Below, piece after piece: positions 43,709 to 56,053 of a DNA stretch of 64,000 nt. Every line of letters begins with the position of its first letter. The first letter of the stretch is position 1. Under the pieces are notes generated by a model. It was given only the letters and a program-made list of their open reading frames with translations. It had not been told where the DNA came from and searched no databases. Origin of the DNA: Chrysomallon squamiferum (lineage: Eukaryota > Animalia > Mollusca); contig CM022673.1 in assembly GCA_012295275.1 (NCBI GenBank), forward strand, positions 20,832,001 to 20,896,000, in the 5' to 3' direction. The position numbers and the translations under genes are program-made.

Positions 43709-45528
43709 CTGATAAATTGATAGATAGACCGAGAGAGAGATAGATATACACAAACATACACACACACAAACACATTCACAGACACATACATACACATACC
43801 CATATATATTGTTCTTTCAATTGCAAATTTCCTCATAATTCTACTGGAAAGTTCCAGTTATCAATTATCTGCACAATTTCCCATTATTACACTACCTTCA
43901 CAGGATAAAAGCTGTGCCACACACCATTAAGTATTTATTTTCCACTTATATGAAATAAATGTACAAGTAGAAATGGTAGTACAAGTAGCAGAAGAAATAG
44001 TAAAAGTGGTGAAGTAGTGGTAATAGTGGTAGCAGCAGTAGCAGTAGTAATAGTTATAGAACTAGTAGTAGTAGTAATAGTAGTAGTAGTAGTAGTAGTA
44101 GTAGTATGTAGTATTAATAACTAGTTATAATACACTGCAGTAGTAATAGCATTAGAAGTACTGTAACAGTAAAAATATTTCTGGAAATGAAGACATAGAT
44201 CTAAATGCTTCAGATGAATTGTCTTGTAAGTATTATTGTTATTATTAGAACAGTATTTGAATATATACACACTACACAGTTATTAATATTACTGTGTGTG
44301 CTGGGAAATCACTAAGGTTGTTTTTTGTTTCTTTTGACTCAGGTTCAGATATGAAATATTTTGCTATAAACACAAAGTCTGGTGTGATAACTGTAGCTGA
44401 ACGAATTGACTGTGATGGTACAGATGGAAAGAAATTTATAACTGATCTCAAACTGACTGTCACTGATTCTGCAGGGCTGCAAGACAGCATCTACCTCAAC
44501 ATCTCTGTAAAAGATGTAAATGACAACAGTCCTGTGTTCTCTCAGCCTGTTTATTATGTCAATCTAACTGAAAACACAGCTGCCAGTAAGAGTTACTGAT
44601 TACAAGCATTAGATTTCATACAAAAAAAACTGATGAAATTAAAAACTAATCAATAATGGGTACAAATTCAAAAACAAACAAACAAATAAATAAATAAATA
44701 AACAAATGAATAAACATGGCATTTAATGACATATAAAATTGTGTAATTTCATCAAGAAGATTTGTTCTTATTCCTTAAGTATGATAAACTAGACTATATA
44801 TAAAAACTGTGTATGAAGAAATTCATTCTTGTGAATAATCAGCATCATCAAAATATACTGGATAAAGAAATACACTTTCATAGATAACTCAGCATCATTT
44901 TGAAATGTCTACAATTTACACAATTTAAAATAAAATATGATAAATAATACATAATTTACCATTTTCTTTTGCTTTTATTGTGTGTTAAAATGTTCAGTTA
45001 TGACATATTTTGCTTTGTCTTCTCTTGTTCACAGATAGTCAGATCTTGATGTTGTTAGTAAAGGATGTAGATTCTGGTAAAAATGCTGATATCACATTAT
45101 CTCTGAACAACAACAGTGAACTAAACAGTCAGTTTAAGATAGACGGGTTTGATCTGAAGACAGGAGCTGTTAATACAGATTATGATTCACTGACAGAAAA
45201 CAATTACAAAGTTGTTTTGGAGGTAGCTGCAGTTGACAATCCAGAGACTGGTGACAGACAAACTGCAACAACAGTTGTTATTGTAGAGGTAAAGATACAG
45301 ATATATCATGTGTTTGTAATGAAAAAACAGATTGTATGTTACACTGTGAAAGAGTGAAATGGAGATACTACAGTACCAGTTATACCCAGATTGCTTAGAG
45401 CCTCAGTGTTATAATTCAGTTCAGAACCTTTTGTGATGATCATAATGATAATGTTAAAAATAAATTATTGATTAGTTCTTAACACGTTGTCTTACTAACA
45501 TTATTAAGTATGAACACTTTTGTTTGTT

Positions 45529-45611
<83 letters not shown>

Positions 45612-46675
45612 TTTGTCTTATCAAAAACTATTCTTACTGAAGCTAGACTTATCTCTGATGTAATCATTACACAAAATCTTGTCTAATAACAATAATAAAG
45701 TATCTTCTATTTTAAACAAATTATAATGTTTGTGAAGATACTACCTCTGAATGAGAACAGCCCTGTGTGGAGAGTCCCCACAGTTGATGGCAGTGGAAGA
45801 TTCCCTGATATTGTGATAGATGAGGACATATCACCTGGCACCAATGTATCAACATTTCAAGCAGCTGATGATGACAAGGGTGCAGATGGAGTTGTCACAT
45901 ATCATGTTGTGTCTGTCACTACTGGTGTGTTTGATATTTTATTTAAAGAAAACAACTGTAAGAAAATGTAAAAATGACCTGTAAAGTTAATTATTTAATT
46001 GTTCTGACTCACACACACATACAAAAATAACATGGGAAAGCAAAATAATTTTAATAAATTGTTATTTGCAGAAAATAACTACTTCTAAAATCTTCAATAA
46101 TTTCAGATATATTTTAAAATCATCTAATGATATAAACCTTATTTCACTATAGATATATAAATACATTTGTGTTATCTATTTTTGTAGACACAGGCCTAGT
46201 CGTGAAGGATGTATTTTCACTTGATTCTGAGTCAGGTATTTTTAGAACAATGACAACTCTTGATCGAGATGTAGACACGGGTGGAGTCAGGTTCTATGAC
46301 GTGACTGTAGAAGCCAGGGATGGGAATACGTCTCCGCTGACAACACAAGGAACTGTTCGCATTCTTCTAAACAACGTCAACGACAACCCACCACTGTCAC
46401 ACTGTTTTTATGTTGCTCACGTGAAGGAGAACGTCAGTGTTGGTGACACTGTGTTAACACTTCCAGTCTACGATGCTGATAATGAGAGTGTGTCGTTTAC
46501 TCTGTCAAACTCTGATGTTGTTGACATCAAGTATGGAACTAGTGTTGTACAGGTTGTGAAAATCTTGGATTTTGAAACTCAGGTTTCTCATACTGCACAA
46601 ATAAGGTAATAAAGAATTATTTTTATGATAGAGTCTGTAATATTTGTGTAGAGTAGAGTATGTATAAATATGACA

Positions 46676-46774
<99 letters not shown>

Positions 46775-48056
46775 TTTCACTTCATTGATCATCCTTACAG
46801 TTAAAACACACACACATACACACACATACACATTTTTTATTGCTATATCAAAACAAATTATTTTATTTAAGTGTCACAGATGGTAAACATGTGGTTAACT
46901 CAACTTTGATATTAATGGTTGTGGATGTGAATGATGAAACACCAGAAATAACCACAAACAATCTACAAATACCTGAGGAAATGAAGCCAGGGTCAGAAAT
47001 CTGTGGTGCATTCACAGTAACAGATAAAGATGGTGGAGACAGACTGACATTTTACCTTGATGGTAAGAGAGACATCATCAAAACTGAATGTATTTTTTTT
47101 GTTTTTTTTAGTAAAACTGAAACATTTTTGTTAATATAAGTAACTATTATGCTAAGTTCAAGACAGGTTGTATTTGTTTTAACCTTTCTACATAGCTAAA
47201 CATTACAAACAGTAATTTCAGTATGTCAAATTTTCCATTATATAATTATCTAAATTTCATGTCAATACAATAGATTATTTTGTTGCTCTTGGGGTGTCAA
47301 TAAAATTTTTTTGTATTTCCCTCAGTTCAATTTTGTCACTTTAAAACATTGCATCAAGATTCTTCTCTTATTACTTGTCTGGTCACTAAACACAGTATAT
47401 CAAAATATAATTAAAAATCTGTTCAGTGGATAATTGAATCAAACATTTCTCTTTTGTTTTTATGCTATTATGTTTCTTTTAATATTGGATAAAAAAAAAA
47501 AAAAACCTGCAAATTAAAAATGTCTGAACTTGTTTCAGGTGAACACAGTGACTATTTTGCTATAGATTCTCTAAATGGAGTCCTCAAAGTAAATAAACCT
47601 GTTGACAGAGATGCACAAGAAGGAATCACTTTTGACAATTTGACATTAACTGTAAGAGATGAGGCAGGACATGGAGTCAGTTCATCTTTAAATCTTACTG
47701 TAATAGACATCAATGACAACTCTCCTGTATGTACAGAAGATGTTATTAATGTCACTGTGAAGGAAAATTCTGAAGACAGTGAGTCAAACCTTTTATCTAA
47801 ACTTGAAGTGTCAACAAAATGATAAAGTTACTCCTTTCTCATTTACAGTAATATATCATTCAGCCTTATGGTTTTGATTAGAATATATGTTTATGTTTCA
47901 ACCACTGGTATCTTCAAAGATTTGATATTTTACTTTTTTTTTTTTTTTTTTTTTAAGCATAAACAGAAATGAGAGCATGTATTAGTTTGTGTGATATATA
48001 TTTTAGTGTTGTATGTATGTGTTTTATGTGATGTGCTTATACTTGTATGTATCTGG

Positions 48057-48109
<53 letters not shown>

Positions 48110-50616
48110 GTGAGTGTGTGTGTACACCAGTACATATTTTGCCTGTTCTTTATATACAGTTCTAACTAAACATACTTTCTCTATTTCAGGACAGTATCTC
48201 ACTTCTGTTAAGTGTACAGACATTGACTCTGGTTCTAATGGTAACATTAGTATATCAGTAGCATGTGATGACAGAGTTTTCTATCTGACTGGATCAAGAC
48301 TGTATGTGAATGGCAGCTCTGTGGACTATGAGAAGAACAAGGATCACTTCTACACACTGGTTATTAAAGTTACAGATCTCCCCGTCACTGAACACACACA
48401 CACCACACAGGTTCTCGTGTATGTCACGGTATGTGATTAGGGTACAGGCATGATTACATTAGTATAAAACATAATTTGTTCTGAAATCTGTACAACTCAC
48501 TTCTCTTTATTTGTTTATTTATTTATTTATTACAATTATTTATTACAATTATTTTGTCATCAATAATACATTCCAAGCAACTGAAAATTATAAATATTAT
48601 TTTAATTATTTACTTTCATTTTTAGAAGTTGTTAAAACTGTTAGTTATAGCAAAACAACAAATGAATAGCCTAATTAACCCGTTAACAGATTTTGTCTGA
48701 AAATGAATATGACCCTGAATGGAGCAACCCACAGACTGATAACATGGGGATGTTTCCAGACATATCTGTAGATGAAGATACAATGTCTGGAAAAGAGATT
48801 TTTAAAGTCTCTGCTGTTGATGATGATGATGGAGCAGATGGAGATGTGCGATACAAAATCAAATCAGCAATTTCAAGTGAGAAAATAAATTTATATTTAT
48901 AATTAAAAATTTTGAAACTATTTTTAATACATATATGCTCTTAATAAAGACTTACTTCTGTAATAACATGAAAGCTGGTTGGACAGACATTCATATATAA
49001 AAACATACACATGTACGTACAGTGTACACAGTCAGAAGAAGAAAAAGAGGCAGACTTCTACAGGGAAATCATATAAATTGAAATAATTTACTTGCATACA
49101 TAGACTTTTACATATATATCATTTACTTATGTACATATTCTTTACATAGAAATCATTTACATATACAGGATTTACATATATACATAGACTTTACATAGAA
49201 ATCATTTACATATACAGTATTTACTTATATACATAGACTTTTACCTATATACATCATTAACTTACATATGGAGTTTTACATAGAAATCATTTACATTTGG
49301 ACTAGGAGACATATTTTTATGTCGACATCATTTATATATGAACACACACACATTCATACATACACAGACAGACAGACAGACCTAGAGATATAGATATGCA
49401 GATGTTTACATAAAAGCATTTACATCCACACCTACAGATTTTTACATAGCATTTACAATGTGTATATACGAATTGTTTTTGAAACATCAAACTAGCAGAA
49501 ACTCAAATAGGAAACACTGCAGCAAACTTTGTTCAAATCTCAATTTTATTATTCTTACACAAGGCTTTTACTATTATAGGTAATGGTGATGATTCAGTCA
49601 GTGTATTTAACATTGACAGTTCAACTGGTTCACTAACAATAGTCAAAATGTTGGATGCTGATTCTGCAACTGGTGGGGTCGAGTTTTATATCCTCACTGT
49701 TGAAGCTAGAGATCTTGGAAATGTTGCGAGGAAAACAACAGGAACAGTTAAAATTATTTTACAGCCAGTAAACGACAATCCTCCTAAATTTAGCTCATCA
49801 TATTTCAAGAAATACATTTCATGCAAGACTGTGCTGGACACAGAGATATTAAAACTAACAGTACATGATGCTGATGGTAACAGTGATGTGTGGTTCTCGG
49901 TTGTTAATGGGTCTAGTGATGTTGTTGAAGTGAATCCATCCACTGGATCAGTCGTGTTTAGAAAGTTCCCATCACTTGAGTCAACACGCGACTTTGAAAA
50001 AACTTTAAAAGTGCGAGTAGCTGATGTAAATGATGACACACTACACGACGAAGCGTACATCAGCGTTGTGTTTGAAGACTGCTCACCACCAGTCAGGAAC
50101 TGTTCAACAGTTAGTAGTCAACAAGGTGAAAAGACCTTTTCTTAATATTTGTATAATAACTTACTGAAGGATGAAAAAATAAACTAATAATAATTATATC
50201 CGAGAAACAAGACAAATAAATATATAACAGTGATTTTGAATATAATACAATAAAATATATTTATAATTAATATACAAAAATTACTTATTATATAAAAATA
50301 AATATTTTTAAGAACAAAACAAACATATAAATGTAATTTATTTATTGTTATTTTTTATAATCACTTTTAAACCAATTAATAAATATGCTTTTTCATTTCC
50401 ATATAGAACAATAAAAAAACTTTTTTTTTGAAAAAGAACAAAGCCATATTGTGGGTGTAGAAGATAGTTTTATTTTACTTTCAGACGTCAGTGATCTGGT
50501 AAGTGAATGGACTCTCAGAGGTCTACTCGTGGTTTTTGGTATGGGAATGATGGTTGTCATAGCAATGTATATGAAACTAAAATTGTAAGTTTTATATCAA
50601 ATTCATTTCAAAATTG

Positions 50617-50669
<53 letters not shown>

Positions 50670-50887
50670 CAAAAATAATAGTAAAAATAGTAATAATAAT
50701 AACAACAAAAATAATACTAAAAATAGTAATAATAATAACAGAATGTACCAGTTAACAATTAATAATAATAATAATAATACATCCTATAATTGTGATGGTG
50801 ATGATGACATATTAGTATAGTAACTGTAACTGATATTACTGGTATAGTTACAATGTTGCTACAAGTATATATATATTACAGTGTTGT

Positions 50888-50939
<52 letters not shown>

Positions 50940-51884
50940 GGTAGCAACATTGTAACTATACCAGTAACATCAGTTACAGTAACAAAGATTAGAAAATTAA
51001 TATATATATTAATTATGAAAACTGTTATTTTCAACAGGTGCTCAACCAATGCAATTCAAGATATTAAAGCTAAATGTAAGTAACTTCCAGTTCAGTGTAT
51101 TTATAAAAAAAACCCAATGAAGAACACAAAAAAAACCAATAGCTGCCATATACATACTTGTCATATTGTCACGTATTTCGTATTGCCATTATATTAAAAA
51201 TAATAATAATGAAATAAAATAAAGTTGATGAGAATATGAAACTTTACCCGAGTTATATATACTGTACTGAAAAGATGTAATAATTGTGATTTAAGAAAAT
51301 TTCAAACATTGACTTCCAGCTGCCTGGGAAAAGAATGCCTTGGAGAGACCTGAAAGTTTTGAACACAGCCTACCAATGGATGATGACCTGGTAAACACTA
51401 AAAGAATGTAGATAATGTCTGCATACCCATATTCACACATTTGTAATGTGAAGTGACTGGGTTTTTTTTCCGAATTGTGTAGTATAATCAAAACTTATGT
51501 TGCAGTTGCCTAAAAAAAAATATTTTTTTTATAATCATACATCCCCTTTCTCTTCTTTAAAATAAAGTTTCATTCATTTACACACTAGTTAATTTTTTCC
51601 CTTAACTCTATCATATTAAGTTACAATTTCTAGTGTTACATTTACAAAGCATGCCCACTTTGTCTCACTCTTTAATAGCTAAATAGAATGATTTGAAACA
51701 TACTAAACAGAGTACTGTTGATTTGTTTTTACCATTTTTATCTTATGTATGTCAGCATATCCATCTGGCTAACTAAATCATTAAATGAGATAATCTTATC
51801 AGACAGCTATTGTAACAATAAACTTTTTCTTTTTACTTTCAGGTTTTAGAAGATGAACCTCCAGTTTTCTTTATCAAAAAATGA
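18496..51884 (+). CDS. Giant non-classical (Fat/protocadherin-like) cadherin: signal peptide, FAMeT-like domain, ~37 EC repeats, TM helix, ~55-aa tail; ~52 coding exons, ~4,250 aa; three apparent 1-nt frameshifts
   Basis: Signal exon 18496-18559 ([21 protein letters not shown]) and FAMeT-like exon 18894-19352. EC exons from 19665 to 50125 carry DxNDNxP, LDYE/LDRE and DxD motifs. TM exon 50485-50584; tail exons 51038-51075, 51320-51390, 51843-51884(TGA). All introns are GT-AG with consistent phases. Confidence 0.9.
18894..19352 (+). CDS. Exon encoding a farnesoic acid O-methyltransferase-like (Methyltransf_FA, PF12248) domain at the cadherin N-terminus
   Basis: [15 protein letters not shown]...[26 protein letters not shown]...GTWLF matches the FAMeT pattern F.VKAC.DA.I.L...L.C.E...FW..W..G.I.VG.G...G.W. 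Phase 1-1 exon that splices in frame to DNPPVF of EC1. Confidence 0.7.
31555..31630 (+). mobile_element. Possible decayed tRNA-derived SINE head in a cadherin intron
   Basis: ggagctgctGGTAGGCCAGTGGTTAGAGTGCT...gctGGATTGAGTC resembles Pol III A-box/B-box spacing. No clear tail or TSD. Confidence 0.3.
36247..36396. repeat. Direct tandem duplication, 2 x ~75 bp, just upstream of a cadherin acceptor
   Basis: agacagatctgaatcaat..gttaatgctcataatattacaacatca.attttt..ctaaac.tgaaaacaaaac occurs twice. Confidence 0.9.
43515..43745. repeat. (GATA)n/(GACT/GATT) compound microsatellite
   Basis: Directly visible; it explains the SIYL-type artefact ORFs. Confidence 0.95.
49060..49300. repeat. Degenerate intronic minisatellite
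   Basis: Recurrent catagac(t)tttacatagaaatcatttacatata units. Confidence 0.7.
50485..50584 (+). CDS. Cadherin transmembrane exon
   Basis: [33 protein letters not shown]: a hydrophobic helix followed by basic residues. Bounded by a ttcAG acceptor and a GTAAGT donor. Confidence 0.8.
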
Positions 51885-52775
51885 GGATTTTTTTTTCAGT
51901 ATCAGGGAAGTTTACTTTGCTGCATATTATAAAATTATTATATATATAAACACACAAACACATAGACAAACACACACATATTTATATATGAATGAATGAT
52001 TGAATATGTTAAAAATATCACTATTCGTGCAATGTGTTGTCTTAAATGTCTGTTATATTTATATGACTATATACACTACAATGTATTATATTTTACATAA
52101 TAAAATAATTTAATTCATCTAATAGAATTTGAATAATTTTGTTGACTAATAATATTACGTTGATGAAGTATAACTTGATGAAGTATAACTAACAAAATTT
52201 TACATTTCATATCTTTCTTTTTATCATTAAATTTCTCTTGCTATTTTTACTAGTAAAATGAAGAAATCTGCATATTTTGTCAAAAATGTAATTCCTGCAT
52301 AGGATAAACATTGAGTTATGAAAAGTTTCAGGAAAATAGGTCAGCAATAATTTTATAAAATATAAGTTAATGTGTAAATTCAAGAATATTTATTTATATA
52401 TCAGGTACAGTTTGGCAAGAAAACCATAAATGTTTAATAAATGTATTGTCTTTGTAACATATAAAAATGTTTCTCAAAAACATTCCAATTAATTAATTAT
52501 TGTGTGCATATTCATACATTTGTAATTTCCACCATATTCTCAGAGCATAAGTGCAAGTAATAAAATTAAATTAAATTTCTAAGAAGCAGAACAATTAATT
52601 TAAAAAATCATGAATAGTAAAGATTTCCAAGTAAAGTATCAAATATAAAATAAAAAACATGATAAGCTTGTTAGTTTCTTTATCAACATCATTAATGAAA
52701 ACATCATATTACTTCTCATTTTCAAATCTATTCATTATTATAATTTAGTGTTTATTTCCTTGGGTTATTTATTAA

Positions 52776-55700
52776 TTAATCTCTGATGAACTTGATCTCT
52801 GGTAATGTGTAGCAGAAATACTTGAATTCTCCAATGAAGGAGGTCATGTACACACAATACACTATGAGAGATGTCCACTCCATAGTTGTGAACCACAGAA
52901 GACAATCATGCTACAAGGATAAATAAAATACAGCAAATATAATACAGTAACAATGACGTGTTCTAGCACAAACACCACTGAAACCCTTGCATGCATGTAT
53001 TAATAAAATACAGCAAATATAATACAGTAACAATGACGTGTTCTAGCACAAACACCGCTGAAACCCTTGCATGCATGTATAAATAAAAGGAAGCACTGCT
53101 GACTCATAAATAGACTGCTGTGTGAAGATTTGTACACACATACAGGTTCAGCATCTCTTATCCAAAATAGCTTCTTTAGTTTTTGAACTATTTACATAAA
53201 ATTATGATAAGCATAAAAATATATCATTTATTATAGACCTGCAGATCATGCAAATACTAATGGATTTCATAATTAGTTTGGTAACATTTTTCAAGATACT
53301 GCCATTACTCAGTGAATGCTCTCATAACCAAACCCTCATTAAAACAGAATTCCAAACCATGAATGATTTCCATGGTTCATTGATTATATAACAAAGTACT
53401 GAAATTATATTCAGTAAGTAAAACCTTATTACTTCATCCATGCACTATTTTGTTTTGTGAAGTCTCAAATTACTGAATATTTTCAGAATTCTGTAATCCA
53501 AGATGAACTGACATCTACAACCATTTCAAATAAATGATGTATAACTTGCATTTAAAAAAGCTGTCATTGTTTAATACAGTAAAACTAAAAATTAGTGATC
53601 TTACTTTATGCACCGGAATTCTGAAATGAACTGTGGTAAGGGTTCGGATAAATGCCTTATCTGAAGAATAGATCAGACGAGATGCTGTCACTAGATAGAG
53701 TTAAAGAGAAATAAACATATTAACATATAAATAAATATACAGTGGTACCTCGACTCACAAGTGCCCCAACTTACAAGTTTTTCGAGTTACAAGCAGTCAG
53801 CCCGGTCGATTTTATGCTTTGAATGGCCATGGATCCTAAGAAAGTGAGTGCAAAGGACAGTGCTGAGAAGAAGAAGTTGATGATGTCCACTGAATTAAAG
53901 CTTGATTTCATAGAAAAACATGAGTGAGGTGTGCGTGTAGTCGACTTGGCTAAGCAGCAAAAGCGTAGTACTTCTATGATATGTACCATACTTCAGCTGA
54001 AGGAGTCGATAAAGGCTGTAACTTCAGCCAAAGGCGTTAAAATAATTTGGTCTGATCTCCAAGATAAAAACACTTTACAAAACTAATTTATTTCATTACA
54101 TTCTTTTTTATTTTTTTTTTATACAATATCTGTCATTTATACATATATTTTTCTTATTTAAAAACACATTACCAAAAATTGGGGTGGTTTTTGTAGGCCA
54201 GAATGGATTAATGGTATTTCAGTTAATTTCAGTTGTGAAAATTGATCTGATATACGAGCAAATTGAGTTATAGGTTTGGTCACAGAACAAATTAAACTCG
54301 AAAGTCAAGGAACCACTGTATAAATAAATTAATATATACCTGAATAAATAAATAAATATACAGGAACTTAGAAAATTATGACCAGTAACTTTTGATTTTT
54401 AATATTAATTTTAATTAATGCATCAATGTTAATGTTGTTGATTATGTTTTCATCATGGTTAATATCATTATTATTCTTTACATCATTATTATTATCATTA
54501 TCATCATCATCTTCATTATTATTATTATCTAAATAAAATAATGAATTACATATCATAGATGAAGTGTTAAAAGGATACTGACAGAAGAGGCAAATAAGTG
54601 TATCAGCCAGAGGCCTAGTCGAAAGAATGGCATGTATTTATTATGTCCTGGTACATTTTTTAGTTGGTATGACAGAACAGTCTGGATGAAGAAGTAAAGG
54701 TTCATACATATAAATACCATAAAGGCACCAACCATATGAATCTCCCACTCAAGTTTTTGCTGAAATTGAAAAACTGAAAAATTCAATCTGAATTACAAAT
54801 GTCCCTGTTTATCTGTGTAAAATGGAATACTGAAAATGTTTGATTGAATTCATTTTCTTTCTGAAAATTATTACTGAAATATTCATTTGGAATCATAAAT
54901 ATACAGTTGCTTTTTCTTTTCTTTATTAGATTATAAATTTAAAAACTATGAATTTCAGAGTCAGTTTTCTTTCCTATGAAAATTGGAATTGTGAAATAAA
55001 AATGTATATCAGAAAATTAAATTACCTGGAATGCTGCTACTATATGAAGACCTGCAGTACTTGACATACCTATAACTAGACCAGCAACATTTATTCTAAC
55101 TTGCATTACATTTCTCACTTCTTTAGAATAACAGAATACATCTAACTGACGATAACGTATAAATACTCCAAAAGCACCTGCAAATTTACTCAAATATTAA
55201 AATTAAGTGCCACAATAAAAATTTGTTTTATTGTAAGTGTTTTGTTTGTTACAATTTTTTTTTTTGGGGGGGTTATGTGTGAATCTGTGTGCATTGTGAG
55301 TATTGGGGTATTTCTAGAAAATGCATAAATGTGTTTCATTACCATTTCACATCAGTTTCAGAAACAAACATTAAAACCATCTATAAAAAGTGTTTAGAAC
55401 TAGTAACACATACCATAACACTATGTTTGAAGAAAGAAATGCCTTTGTGTAATAAAAAACTCACTGACAAAAGCACAGATTCCCATTATAAAGCTGAAAA
55501 TACAACTTGCAGGTGGGTAACTGGCAGCTTCACTGGAAATAAACATTTCTAAATAAACCTCTTGAAATCATATTGTTTTGAATGTGAACTCAGAATATAG
55601 GTATATATGTATATCTGTGTATGTTTATGTTAAAGCACGTGTGTGTGTGTGTGTGTGTGCTTGTTTGAATTTATACATATGCATGCAGGTAACATGTATA

Positions 55701-56015
55701 CATACATAAGTAAGTACATAATCAAGCAGCATACCTCCACATATATACATTCATACTTCCAGAAAGTACCACACACACACACAACATGCAGACATTCCTT
55801 TGAGTTGTTGCCTCAGCTACAGATTTTCCAGGCCCTCGGGAGCAAGATGCTCCCATCATAAGTTACAAAGTCTGCAAATATGGTTAAATTCCAAACTGGC
55901 ATTTGTGTACACACTACTGAAAAGAATGGCATGTTTGTCTGCTATGTATATATATATATATATATATGTGTGCACACACACACACACAAAACTTAAAAAG
56001 TCAGGAGCATACTGT

Positions 56016-56053
<38 letters not shown>

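Larger units (their letters stand above)
20284..50125 (+). repeat. Nine tandem 5-exon (B-C-D-E-A) modules, each encoding 4 cadherin repeats
   Basis: Modules: 20284-22863, 24132-26846, 27302-30428, 30684-33904, 34420-36839, 37315-39917, 40289-42814, 43239-46605, 46872-50125. Exon sizes recur (~193/243/250/188/420 nt) with phases 2-1, 1-1, 1-0, 0-1, 1-2 and position-specific motifs (PxNExxPxW in E, LDxDxxTGG in A). Confidence 0.9.

Noticed and set aside
43280-43836. Long minus-strand SIYLSIYL ORFs
   Set aside because: Translation of a (GATA)n microsatellite.
20284-50125. Clustered protocadherin array or several separate cadherin genes
   Set aside because: Only one signal-peptide exon and one TM exon were found, and exon phases chain continuously into a single ORF.
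18496-51884. Assignment as FAT4, DCHS or CDH23 ortholog
   Set aside because: No EGF/LamG region or recognisable conserved cytoplasmic motifs; orthology cannot be supported without a phylogeny.
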